From Desulfobacteria bacterium (GTDB taxonomy: Bacteria > Desulfobacterota > Desulfobacteria > Desulfobacterales > C00003060): a DNA stretch of 40,026 nucleotides. A model generated the notes under the pieces. That model ran no database searches. It saw only the letters and a list, made by a program, of their open reading frames with translations, and was not told where the DNA came from. The translations under genes and the position numbers were made by a program. The stretch's first letter is position 1, and each line of letters begins with the position of its first letter. The stretch lies in the NCBI GenBank assembly GCA_030145035.1, contig JAQYWL010000106.1, forward strand, positions 1 to 40,026. The letters are read 5' to 3'. Positions 7,787 to 17,900 of this stretch are shown here, in pieces.

Positions 7787-10504
7787 TTAAGCCTTAGGCG
7801 CACTCGGCTGACGATCCGGCATCCGATGTAACCGTTGGGTGATCTTTTTGCGAATGTAATCGAGGCCGAAAATCAGAGGGATGCCGAACCACGCCAGAAA
7901 GTAGACCTCTCCGGGAACAGGCCCGGTAGCCAACACGTTCTGTACTGCAGGAAAGTACAGGACCGCCCAAGAAAATACAATCTGAATAAGAATTCCGAAA
8001 AGGATCAGTTTGTTCTTGAAGATGCCCATATCCAGGCCTGAACGATAACCGAAGCGCCGTCCCAGAAGGTTGCCGATCTGCATAAGGAGAATCGTGACCA
8101 GTGCGATGCCCGTTGCCGAGCGGTAAAGAGCATCGTTTGACGCAAGTTCCTGGCCGTATTCCCATCCTCCCCGCACGAGGACATAGAAAAACAAAGAGAT
8201 CGACCACAGTGCTTCAAGCAACCCCAGAAACAAATAACTGTGCACGATGAGAGGCGGCGTAAGCAACCCCTCGTTTCGGTCCCGTGGCGGACGACGCATC
8301 TCCTCGGGGTCGGGTGGTTCCTGCCCCAGCCCCATGGACGGAATGATGTCCGTTCCCAAATCAATCGAAAGGATTTGAATCACCGTCAGGGCCAAAGGAA
8401 CAGGCAACAAGATGTAGATCAGATAAGGAAAAATTTCCGGCCCGTTGCTGACGAGCACGTAATTGGTGAATTTTTTGATGTTGCTGAAAATTGCGCGCCC
8501 TTCTTCGACTCCTGCTACAATGGAAGCGAAATTGTCGTCGAGTAGGACAATCTGCGCCGACTCCCGCGCCACATCGGTGCCCTTTTTCCCCATGGCGACA
8601 CCAACGTCGGCTGCCTTGAGAGCTGGAGCATCGTTCACCCCATCGCCGGTCATAGCCACGACTTTGTCCATGGCCTTCAGAGCGGCGACGATTTTCATTT
8701 TCTGCTCGGGAGTCGTTCGAGCAAAGACCGACACACCTTTGCTCAGTTCCCCTATGAGCTGTTCCTGGCTCAACTGCTCCAGGGTGTCTCCTGTGAGAAC
8801 TCCGCTCTCGTTGCCACCATCCACCGCGATACCGCTCTTACGAGCAATGGCAACGGCCGTATCCGGGTGGTCGCCAGTGATCATAATGACGTCGATACCT
8901 GCACTTTGACATTTTTCGACGGCGGGTGGGACTTCTCTGCGAATGGGATCCTCGATCCCCAGAAAACCGGCCAGGATAAGATTCTGCTCCAAGTCTTCTT
9001 GTTTGGCATCCGCATAGTCGCCTTGCTCAAGCCTTCGGTAAGCCACGGCAATGACGCGCAGGCCCTTTGCAGCCACCCTGGCCATTGCGGCTTCAGCCTT
9101 TTCAAGAGCCTCTTCATGAACCGCGACCGGGTCCCTTGCCAAGTCGGCCTGCACATGGGAAACAAACGGGCGTATGGCCACCCAGGCCCCTTTGACGACA
9201 AAGAACTTCTGAGAATTTGCCGAGTAGATGCCGGCTGATCTTCTCTTGTCGACATCGAAGGCATAATGTTTCTCTATGGTTTTTTCAAAATCAGAAAAAT
9301 CCCCGCCTTTGCGTGTGTAGGAATTCGCGACCGCAACATCGAGAGGATCTCCCGAAAACCCCTCTTCCAGTTTGCGGACTTCAGACGCACTGAGGGCAAG
9401 CTCCAACAGAAAGACCTCCGATCTCTTATCCTGTAACTTTTCGCAGATATCGGCATCGCCCAGGTACGTAATGGTCAGTTGGTTATGAGTCAGCGTTCCC
9501 GTCTTATCGGTGCAGATGACATGGACCGCACCTAATGCCTCCACGGCCCTTAGCTCCTTAACCAGGACATTCTTCTTGGCCATCCTCAACCCACCGATTG
9601 CCAGAGAAAGGGTAAATGTAGGTAGAAGCCCTTCAGGAACGTTCGCCACGATAATACCCATCATGAATACCAGATTTACCCATAGCGACCGACCGCTGAA
9701 AACCCCATAGAGAAAAAACGAAAATCCCATGCTAACCGCAATCAAGGTCAGGACCCTTACCATGCGGCCCGTCTCGCGCTCCAGGGGAGACGGACTCCTT
9801 TGGATGGCCTGAGAAAGATGCGCCAGTTTGCCAAACTCTGTCCGAATGCCGGTTGCAAAGATCACCGCCTCGCCGCTGCCCTTGAGGGCTGAGCATCCGG
9901 CAAAAACGAGGTTTTCACTCTCGGCCATACGTGTGTCTACTGCGGACTCCTTAAGGCTTTGGGCCTTGGACTCTCCGGTGAGGGGAGCGTTGTTTACGAC
10001 CAGATCGTCGCATTTCACCAATCGGCCATCGGCCGCAATACGGTCGCCTTCTGATACAATGAGAATGTCTCCCGGAACCAGATCTTCGGCAAGAATTTCG
10101 ACATTCCTTCCCTCTCGCCTAACCCATACATGGGGAGGCAGAAATTTCTTCAGGGCCTCCATCGCCTTTTCGGCGCGATATTCCTGTATGAAACTGAAAA
10201 GAGCATTCAGGAAGGATACTCCGAGCAGCGCCCAACCCAATACATCCATACTCTCGCCCGGTTCTATTTTGTCGGCGACAAAACAGATAATGGCCGAAAC
10301 ATTCAGAAGAATAGTAAAGAAATTGGTGAACTGTTTTGTGAAGGAACGGACCCATTTCCATCTGTCGCGCACCTCCACTGTGTTCTTGCCAACTTCCAGA
10401 AGCCGTTCTTCGACCTCATGTTGGGTTAAACCCTCCGGTCGACTCTCCAGGTAGTCATAGACCTCTTCAGGGTTAACATGTTGTATTTCTTGCGCTTTAC
10501 TCAT
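7787..10504 (-). CDS. Cation-transporting P-type ATPase (P2-type; Ca2+ or Na+/K+-like specificity unresolved)
   Basis: Motifs present: TGES, VPEGLLPT in TM4, ICTDKTGTLT (phosphorylation site), MITGDHPDTA, and TGDGVNDAPALKAADVGVAMG. The protein is 905 aa. Confidence 0.95.
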   Translation of the reverse strand: MSKAQEIQHVNPEEVYDYLESRPEGLTQHEVEERLLEVGKNTVEVRDRWKWVRSFTKQFTNFFTILLNVSAIICFVADKIEPGESMDVLGWALLGVSFLNALFSFIQEYRAEKAMEALKKFLPPHVWVRREGRNVEILAEDLVPGDILIVSEGDRIAADGRLVKCDDLVVNNAPLTGESKAQSLKESAVDTRMAESENLVFAGCSALKGSGEAVIFATGIRTEFGKLAHLSQAIQRSPSPLERETGRMVRVLTLIAVSMGFSFFLYGVFSGRSLWVNLVFMMGIIVANVPEGLLPTFTLSLAIGGLRMAKKNVLVKELRAVEALGAVHVICTDKTGTLTHNQLTITYLGDADICEKLQDKRSEVFLLELALSASEVRKLEEGFSGDPLDVAVANSYTRKGGDFSDFEKTIEKHYAFDVDKRRSAGIYSANSQKFFVVKGAWVAIRPFVSHVQADLARDPVAVHEEALEKAEAAMARVAAKGLRVIAVAYRRLEQGDYADAKQEDLEQNLILAGFLGIEDPIRREVPPAVEKCQSAGIDVIMITGDHPDTAVAIARKSGIAVDGGNESGVLTGDTLEQLSQEQLIGELSKGVSVFARTTPEQKMKIVAALKAMDKVVAMTGDGVNDAPALKAADVGVAMGKKGTDVARESAQIVLLDDNFASIVAGVEEGRAIFSNIKKFTNYVLVSNGPEIFPYLIYILLPVPLALTVIQILSIDLGTDIIPSMGLGQEPPDPEEMRRPPRDRNEGLLTPPLIVHSYLFLGLLEALWSISLFFYVLVRGGWEYGQELASNDALYRSATGIALVTILLMQIGNLLGRRFGYRSGLDMGIFKNKLILFGILIQIVFSWAVLYFPAVQNVLATGPVPGEVYFLAWFGIPLIFGLDYIRKKITQRLHRMPDRQPSAPKA

Positions 10505-11337
10505 AGCCCCCTATAGATCCCCATGTCGCAAGGTGTTCCTCGCAGAATCCGCTCCAGCGAATTTGCGTAGATGGCGTGGCCAAGGCGGGTTCGCTCCGAT
10601 GCGCCAAGTAGAATCATTTGCGCTTTCAACTTGCTACCGTGGACGAGGATTTCTCTCGGCCAGTCGTTACTTACCACGACACGACAGTCCAGCCTGAACC
10701 TGGCAGACCCGCATCCCTGCTTAATGTCCTGCATAACAGCACCGAGGTATTTCAACCCCTTTTTTCGCAGTCCCTGGATACGTTGCACAGAAATTTGGTG
10801 AAGCCGAAAAGAACTCACGGTCATAACCCGCAGGAGGTAGACCTCTTTCACTGCGGGCAGAAACAGCCTGAAAAAGGGCCAGGCAGATTGAAAGCCCCTC
10901 GGATGTCCTGCCAGTGGAATCAAGAATTTCCCAGGGCTTGCAAGCAAACCTGGCTGCACGACCCGCACTGCCAGGACATTGAACTTGTTATCGTTGAGGA
11001 GCTTTTCGGAAATAGTCCCTGACAAGAAAGCCTGCCTCTTCGAGCGAATTCGCGTTCCGCACACAACGAAGCTCTCCGTGCTCCAAGGAATGGCCTCCAG
11101 GAGAGACTGACGGACGTTCTTTTTTAGCGGAAGGATTTCACGGTGAAGCTCTATGCCCTGAACATTGCATTCTCGCTCGATCTTTTCGATTTTCTCGGCC
11201 AGTCGCACAGGAGAGACGCTGCCGTCATGAATGTGGACCAGTGTCAGTCTTTTTTCAGGCGTATGGGTCGCAAGACGAATGGCGTACCGGGATACCCAGT
11301 CGCCATTAAGCGACCCGTCGTAGGCAAGATAGATCAT
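10501..11337 (-). CDS. Tandem universal stress protein (Usp) domain protein, translationally coupled to the P-type ATPase
   Basis: The 278-aa protein has two Usp-like halves (MIYLAYDGSLNGDW...; ...LIPLAGHPRG...ILLGASERT). Its TGA overlaps the ATPase ATG in an ATGA at 10501-10504. Confidence 0.7.
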   Translation of the reverse strand: MIYLAYDGSLNGDWVSRYAIRLATHTPEKRLTLVHIHDGSVSPVRLAEKIEKIERECNVQGIELHREILPLKKNVRQSLLEAIPWSTESFVVCGTRIRSKRQAFLSGTISEKLLNDNKFNVLAVRVVQPGLLASPGKFLIPLAGHPRGFQSAWPFFRLFLPAVKEVYLLRVMTVSSFRLHQISVQRIQGLRKKGLKYLGAVMQDIKQGCGSARFRLDCRVVVSNDWPREILVHGSKLKAQMILLGASERTRLGHAIYANSLERILRGTPCDMGIYRGL

Positions 11338-11392
11338 TTTCGGAACTCTGACCTCCGTATGGGTACATATTTCTCATGCACTTGAGGGAATT

Positions 11393-11698
11393 TCAAATTT
11401 CTTGTTTAGATTTGCGTGGCCGAAGACGTATCTGGTGTTTCCTTTCTTCACGGCTGCTTAAGATCGGTAGTACCTGAATCTGCGTGTGTATTCTTCTGGC
11501 CATAAGGTTGTCTCTGACGTCGATTCTATACTGCTTAAGCAGAAAGTCCTCCAGAACAGACGTCAGCTTAATGACTAACCATGCCATTGAGACAATCAAG
11601 AGCGAGCTAAGAACCTGGGTCAAGAAAGTCAAAATTCCGGAAGGCGCTTTGACGAATGGCAGAAAGAAATGAAAGGCCAAAATGTCTTGTACTTCCAA
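11393..11698 (-). pseudogene. N-terminal fragment of an MscS-family mechanosensitive channel gene
   Basis: The ORF reads ...LIVSMAWLVIKLTSVLEDFLLKQYRIDVRDNLMARRIHTQIQVL and then turns into unrelated sequence and a stop. The pore helix and beta domain are absent. An intact MscS gene lies at 37885-38835. Confidence 0.45.
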
Positions 11699-11731
11699 TC
11701 CGGGAGACTCGGCCTTGACGAGAATGAAAGG

Positions 11732-11902
11732 TCAGAGCTTGCGGCTGTACTGTCGTTTGAGCCGTCTACTCAGCCCGTCAAGGCCTGGAAACAGCACTCG
11801 CTCTGTAATGTTGGCCTGATCCAACTGGTCTCGAATTTCCTTCCAGTCTATCCACCAGCCGTCCACATGATACTCAGATGAGGAATTCCGTTTAGGGCTG
11901 CC
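11732..11902 (-). pseudogene. C-terminal fragment resembling the end of an FRG-domain protein
   Basis: The frame is open only from 11902 and has no start codon. It reads ...[45 protein letters not shown]. The LFPxLDGL tail is recalled from FRG-domain proteins, by memory only. Confidence 0.3.
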
Positions 11903-12090
11903 TTACATGGGTCTTTCATAAATCTTCGTCCGGGATGTTGTCAATCAATTCCCACTTTCACTCTCCACCAAAGAAATCATTCAAAACGAATTTCAGCTTT
12001 CTTCTAAGATTGGCGTATGAGGAATGTATAAGTTTTTTTGAGGCTTGGATTTTTGCCTCCTGACCATAACAACGCCGTAAGCTCGATTTG

Positions 12091-14925
12091 CTAAAACGTG
12101 TAACCTACTGAAAAATGCAGCCGCCCGGGGCTTTCGCGTTCTTGTCGGTCAAGCTTCATTCCGTAGAGAAAGCCGATCGGTCCGACCGGAGTGACGTACC
12201 GTAAGCCCACCCCGACCGAGGAGCGAAATTCGTCCGGTCCGATCTCATCAAACGTATCGGTCACACGTCCCACGTCGTAGAACGTAGCGAGTTCAAAGTT
12301 GTGACCTAAATCGATCCTTGCCTCCATACTCCCTACCACTGCGGTACGGCCGCCTACAGGGTTTCCAGCTCCATCAAAACGGAGCAGATTCTCATCGAAT
12401 CCTCTCACGTCTGAAGTGCCCCCGAGGAAAAAAAGCTGATCCTCCGGAACCCTCTCTATTGAGCCGTAAGGATCGATGTAACCCGCCCGCCCAAGCCAGG
12501 CAAAGGTCAACCGGTGCAGGGGGCTCCAATAGTATCTCAGGTTGAGGCGGTATTTGAAAAAATCATCTAAAGCGTTCGTCAGCCCCCTGGAAATATCAAC
12601 AGATAAGGACGAAAAAATCCCTTTCCTAGGACGAATAAAAGAATCTCTCGTGTCGTAACTAATGGAAGGTGTTGTAACCAGGATGCTTCTTGGCTCGAAT
12701 TCATCGATATCATCTTCCAAGATCCGTGTTGCCGAATCCTCTGAATCGCGGCTAAACTGGTCTCTTCTTTCGAAACGAAATCCCAAGCCTGTGGTAACAT
12801 GTCGAAACCATTTCCGGCTGAATCCAAGGGATGAGCCAAAAATCGTCGTCCCGAAATCCTGATTAAACTCTTCCCTTCGCTCCGCAAAAAGGCCAAAGGT
12901 CGCAGAAATGCGGGACCCCAAAAGTCTCGGTTCGGTGACCCCCAATTCGCCGTCATAGCCGATCTGGCTCCACCCCCCTCCCAACCAACCGTCCTTGTTT
13001 GTCCCAAAGAGATTGTGATCCCCCAGCTTTGAGCGGACAAAAAATCCCCGATCAGTTTCGTATCCCCCACCTGCCTGGACGAAATAAGGTTTCTTCTCCT
13101 CGACTTCAACGAAAAGATTGATTTTCTCGTTCTTCTCCTTGAGTCCGATCGTTTTAAACTTCACGGAGTCAAAGATCTCCAGGTTTCGGATATTTCGTTG
13201 TCCCTGGAGCATCTTGGCGGGTGAGAAGGGCTCTCCAGGCTCGATCTCAAGCTCGTTTTGCAGGATTTTGTCCTTGGTTCGAAAATTGCCAGTGTAGTAG
13301 ACCTGGCCCATCTCCACGTATGGTCCTTCGTTAACGCTGTATACGACCTGGACTTTCGATTGGCTCTCGCTGAACGAGGCTTCCCCTTTTACCCCTACAT
13401 GGGGATAACCCTTTTCAGAAATCAAGGCAGACAAGGCGTTTTCATCGCTTCGAATCAAGTATCTTCGAAAGGGCTCTCCCTCTTTTAGCAGGATCGTGCC
13501 ATAGGCATTTTCCTTCGAGAGGACCGTGATCCCAATGATTTTCACTGAAGAGACACGCGTTTGAACTCCTTCATCGATTCTAAGGCTAACGGTGACATGC
13601 CTTTTGTCCTCACTCCACTTCACTTCTTCCTTCACCTTTGCATCCATATAGCCTTGTTTGACATAAAGCGATTTGATCGCATAAAGGTCCTCTTCAAGCG
13701 TTTCGGGCACAAAGGCCCCCTTTTCCCGAAATCCAGGCAATCGGGTCAGCATCTGTTTTTTTATCTTCTCGTCGTCAAATGTGTAGTTTCCCGCAATCTG
13801 GATAGACTGGACAATCGAACAGGGCCCTTCATCAATAACAAACCGCAGCATCCGGGCTGTTCGCTCCTTATCGGTCTTCGTCGTCTGTTCGATCTTCACT
13901 CGGGTCTCAAGATACCCCGCCATCCTGTAACGCTCTTTGATCTTTTTTGTGCTCTTTCTTAGTCCAAGATTGTATCTGTTCCCCTCTTTAAACAGGACCA
14001 GGTCTTTTCTCAGGGTACGGTCCCAAAATTTTTGATTACCAACAAATTCAACGTCATATCTGGCGCCTTCATCAATGGTTACAAAAACACAAACGCACTG
14101 TGTTCCGGCATCTTTTTCGATCTTGAAGTTGATGGTAGCATCTGGGTAATGCTTTTTCCAATAGTATGCCGTTAGTCTGTTAATGTCTTGCTTAAGGTCT
14201 TTCTCGATAAAACGTCCTGGGCTTCCAGGGAGGGACGATACGCGCCAGATTTTCATTTTTAATTTGAGCTTTGTGTTCGAAAACACGCGATTCCCGTTAA
14301 TCTCAAGCCGTTCCAAAGTCCAGTAAGGGCCCTTATCGATTTTTACACGAATGGCGAAATGACCATCTGCTGGATCTTGCCGCGCCGTTACTGTGACCCT
14401 TGGAGCGATGAAGTCTTCCCGCCGGAAAACTCCTTCAACCAACGCCTCTTGTTTGGGGAGTTCCCCTTGAACAAAAACATCACCGGGATAAACGGTCATC
14501 ACATTGAGAACCTCACGCTCAAAAAGGGGAAATTCTCCGTCTATCTCGATATCCTTGATTAGCCGAAAAGGGGCAAGGTGGAACAGGAGTGTAATCCGTT
14601 TGTTCTCCTCTTTGGATTCGACATTGATTTTTCGAAACTTCTTGGACAGTTTCAATGCTGCAACGGACTCTTGTAGCCGGGTAGCGGAAAATCGATCCCC
14701 CTCGCGGAGAAAGATCACGTTTTTTGCCATCTCGGTCCACTCGGTTTCATGATTCGCACAATCTCGAAGCTCAACAAGAATCCTGGCAACAATGGGGGAG
14801 GCAGCAGATTCAGGCTTAGAGCCGTCGTCTTCCGAGTCGGCATAGCCGAAGGGAATATTGGCCCCAAAAACGAATAGAAAAAATACACAGGATAAACCAG
14901 TCTGAACAATGTTCCTGGATCGCAT
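12091..14925 (-). CDS. BamA/TamA-family outer-membrane protein (multiple POTRA repeats plus an Omp85/D15 beta-barrel)
   Basis: ATG at 14925 gives the signal peptide MRSRNIVQTGLSCVFFLFVFGANIPFGYA. Repeated POTRA-like units are present (I.I.GN..F....L). The C-terminal barrel ends ...GRLHFSVGYTF with a terminal aromatic residue. The gene starts 4 nt after the tamB stop. Confidence 0.9.
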   Translation of the reverse strand: MRSRNIVQTGLSCVFFLFVFGANIPFGYADSEDDGSKPESAASPIVARILVELRDCANHETEWTEMAKNVIFLREGDRFSATRLQESVAALKLSKKFRKINVESKEENKRITLLFHLAPFRLIKDIEIDGEFPLFEREVLNVMTVYPGDVFVQGELPKQEALVEGVFRREDFIAPRVTVTARQDPADGHFAIRVKIDKGPYWTLERLEINGNRVFSNTKLKLKMKIWRVSSLPGSPGRFIEKDLKQDINRLTAYYWKKHYPDATINFKIEKDAGTQCVCVFVTIDEGARYDVEFVGNQKFWDRTLRKDLVLFKEGNRYNLGLRKSTKKIKERYRMAGYLETRVKIEQTTKTDKERTARMLRFVIDEGPCSIVQSIQIAGNYTFDDEKIKKQMLTRLPGFREKGAFVPETLEEDLYAIKSLYVKQGYMDAKVKEEVKWSEDKRHVTVSLRIDEGVQTRVSSVKIIGITVLSKENAYGTILLKEGEPFRRYLIRSDENALSALISEKGYPHVGVKGEASFSESQSKVQVVYSVNEGPYVEMGQVYYTGNFRTKDKILQNELEIEPGEPFSPAKMLQGQRNIRNLEIFDSVKFKTIGLKEKNEKINLFVEVEEKKPYFVQAGGGYETDRGFFVRSKLGDHNLFGTNKDGWLGGGWSQIGYDGELGVTEPRLLGSRISATFGLFAERREEFNQDFGTTIFGSSLGFSRKWFRHVTTGLGFRFERRDQFSRDSEDSATRILEDDIDEFEPRSILVTTPSISYDTRDSFIRPRKGIFSSLSVDISRGLTNALDDFFKYRLNLRYYWSPLHRLTFAWLGRAGYIDPYGSIERVPEDQLFFLGGTSDVRGFDENLLRFDGAGNPVGGRTAVVGSMEARIDLGHNFELATFYDVGRVTDTFDEIGPDEFRSSVGVGLRYVTPVGPIGFLYGMKLDRQERESPGRLHFSVGYTF

Positions 14926-14929
14926 GCTT

Positions 14930-17900
14930 CTAACGAAACTCAAGTCGAAACTGCAACTCTCCGCCAAAAATTCCCTTGCTATCCTGAAAACCGCTAAGCA
15001 AGATATTTTCAAGGAGTTTGTACTCCGCAATCGCGCTCTGGACCATCTCGGCCGCCTTCGATTCAACGGCGTATTTCACAGTGATTCGCTTGGAAAGCTC
15101 TTTACCGATGGTCACTTTGAGGCGGTCCGAAGCCTCTTCATCTCCAGGTTCTTGCGTCTCAATCTCTAAGATGTCAAGGCCCGTGGCCTTCTTGATATCT
15201 TCGCCGAACGTCATTGAAACGAGTTCGGCAACCATTTGCGCTGTGGACCGGGAGGTTCCCCCCTCCCCTTCAATCAGCTCGTGTGTCGTTCTTCCAAACA
15301 AAAGAAGAGACAGAATATCCCCCTCCTCTTCCGGAGGATCAGAGGTCAGCCTAAACGTCAGCCGATCCGGCGTACCTGAAATCTCCAAAAATACCGTCCA
15401 CGCTCGGATCCGGACCTCACTTTCTATGTCCAGGGCAGGTTCGATCTTGTAGGGGTTCAAAAAGTCTACCACGCCTTTGTTAACGACAAATCTCTTTTTC
15501 CGGTAGAAGATCGTTCCCGAATCAATCTCGGCCCGGCCGCTCACGATCGGATTATTTAGCTTCCCCGTCAGGCGAAGATCTGGACTGATTTCCAACCGGG
15601 CCAGGTTATTGTCTACAAGAAAAGGATTCCGACGTTTTATGGAGATATCAAGGCTCATATTCTTGAGAAAGGGTTGTGTGATCTCCCTGGGTAGCGGAGT
15701 CTCTTCCCGCTTTTTTTGTCCGACCGCCTCCAAGAGGCTTAAATTCACATCCTTGTAATAAGTTCCCTCAAGAATAACGGCCTCCCCTTGAATCATCGAT
15801 TTTTTCCGTGTCCCATGAATCCTAAGCTTGGTATTCAAGACCACATCGAGCGTATCGGGAACTTGTAGCGGGAGCGCGTGTGCATCGAGGTTCATAAGTA
15901 CTTTGGAAGGCTGAAACGCTTCAAGGTCGATCTTGCCCACGAGATCAAAGCGCCCGGTATCGAGCTGTCCTTCGATCCGATCGATCGTGATCGCATGCGG
16001 GTTGACCTGAATCCGACCATGTAAATTGTGCAGCTTTTGTAGGAGTAGAGGGACGGTGAACCCGACACGATTCAAGGCGATCTCAGCCTGGATATCAGGC
16101 TGAGGATGGGTTCCCCCTATTCTAGCAGAAACTAGAAGGTCTCCCGTGCCATCGGCAAGGCTTTCAACGAATAGACCTGCCAACCCCACGGGAACAGTGC
16201 CTTCCAGTTGGAAGGCCAGAGGACCATTACGCTTTCCTTTTCCTTTGATATCGAATTCTCCTTCTTTAAGAAGAAGAAGGTGAAGCCCATGAATTAAGAT
16301 CTCTTCTTCCTGGAGAGACACCTTGAAGTCGCGGGCGTGAAGAAGCTCTTTTTCTTTGTAAAACAGATATAGCTTTGAGAAATCGAGGAAAGCTTGAATC
16401 CGATCGATTGCTCCTGCATTGCCTTTGGCTTCAATTTGTCCTGTTAACGTCCCATTCAGATCGGGCCGGCCTGCAATCTTAAGGTAGGGAGAAAGATCGG
16501 TCTCGTCGAAGAGAATGGACACCGAGAAGTCCTTTTTCTGTAAGTGGAATGATCCACTGAGATCAAAATTCAGCTTTCCTGAAATCCGGGCCAACTCATT
16601 GTCAAGATCCAAGTGGAGGTAGAAATCATCCAACGGCTTCCCCTTAATATGAGGAGCCTTTATGGCAATTTTTCCGCTAATTTTGGGGGCCTCGAGCGTG
16701 CCCTTTCCTGAGATATCGAACACGAGTTTCCCGTCTGCGATGTTCTGCTCACGAATCTGGTCGATATGCTGCAAAGAGACCCCCTCGGATACCAGAGAAA
16801 TCGCATACGCCTTTTGAAGGGAAAACCAGCCCGTAGCCTCAATGAGTTCGCCTGGGGCCACGACGATTTGAAGCGGATCGATCCAGATCTTTTCCCCGTC
16901 TAGCTTGGAAGACAGCTTGACTTCTGCGAATTTCTGGACGCCCAGATCCAGATTCTTTCCATGGAGATTCATCGTACCCCTGGGTTTTGTAAAACTTCCC
17001 CCGATGTTGGAAGCCAGCGAAAGCTTTCCTTTCAACTTAGTTGTAAAATCCTCCATGAAAATCGTGTCGGCTTCCAAGGCCACCTCAAACCGCGGCTCCC
17101 TGAGGAAATGCATCGCATCTCGCTCCAAGATTTGTGCAGTGCCCGAGACACGAAGTGCTGAGTTCTGGTTGCGAACCAGAAGCTCTGGGATTCGCAAGGT
17201 TCCTGATGGATCCAAGCTGGCATTTAACCGAACCTTTCCGACGGTTATCTCCTGAAAACGGAGTTGATCCCCATTTAAGGCAAAATCGAAAACGGGGTGT
17301 TCAATCGAGCCAGAAGCGATGGCCTTGAGGCTGCATTCTCCGTGCACGTCGCCTATGCCAAAAGACGACAGCGCGGCGTCGAGGCTTGGCGCATCTAACG
17401 TGAACCTCGCGGTCATATCCTTGGAAGAAAGATCGAGACGTCCGTCAGCCTTAAGGTTGATGCCGCCCCCTTCCGCTTCAAGGTGTTTCAGGGTTGCGAC
17501 GCCCTGATCAACGCTCGCTTCCGTTTTAAACCGGAAATCGACCGGAGCGGCGACCTGATTCGTTGTCAGTTGCCCCACAAAGACTCCCATGGCAACCCTT
17601 GCCATGAGGGTTTGAGGAGAAATTCCCTTGCCGTAAAAAGAAAGACTCGAGCTAACCGTCCCTTTTAGCCCCTTAGGCTTCTCGCACAGTTCTTCAAGCT
17701 CTATCCCTTTTTCTTGAAGGAGAATCTTGTAAGATATGGCTTCCAGATCTCTTGGAGGAGAGAGAAACCCATTTGAAAAGGCGTCTTGTAAGTCGACTTC
17801 TCCTTGTACATTGAGGTCGCCTGAAGCAGCGTCCATGCGCAGGTTGTTGAGGGTCAGGAGCCGCTCTTTCAGGTGGCAGTTCATGTCGATCTGGTCGATC

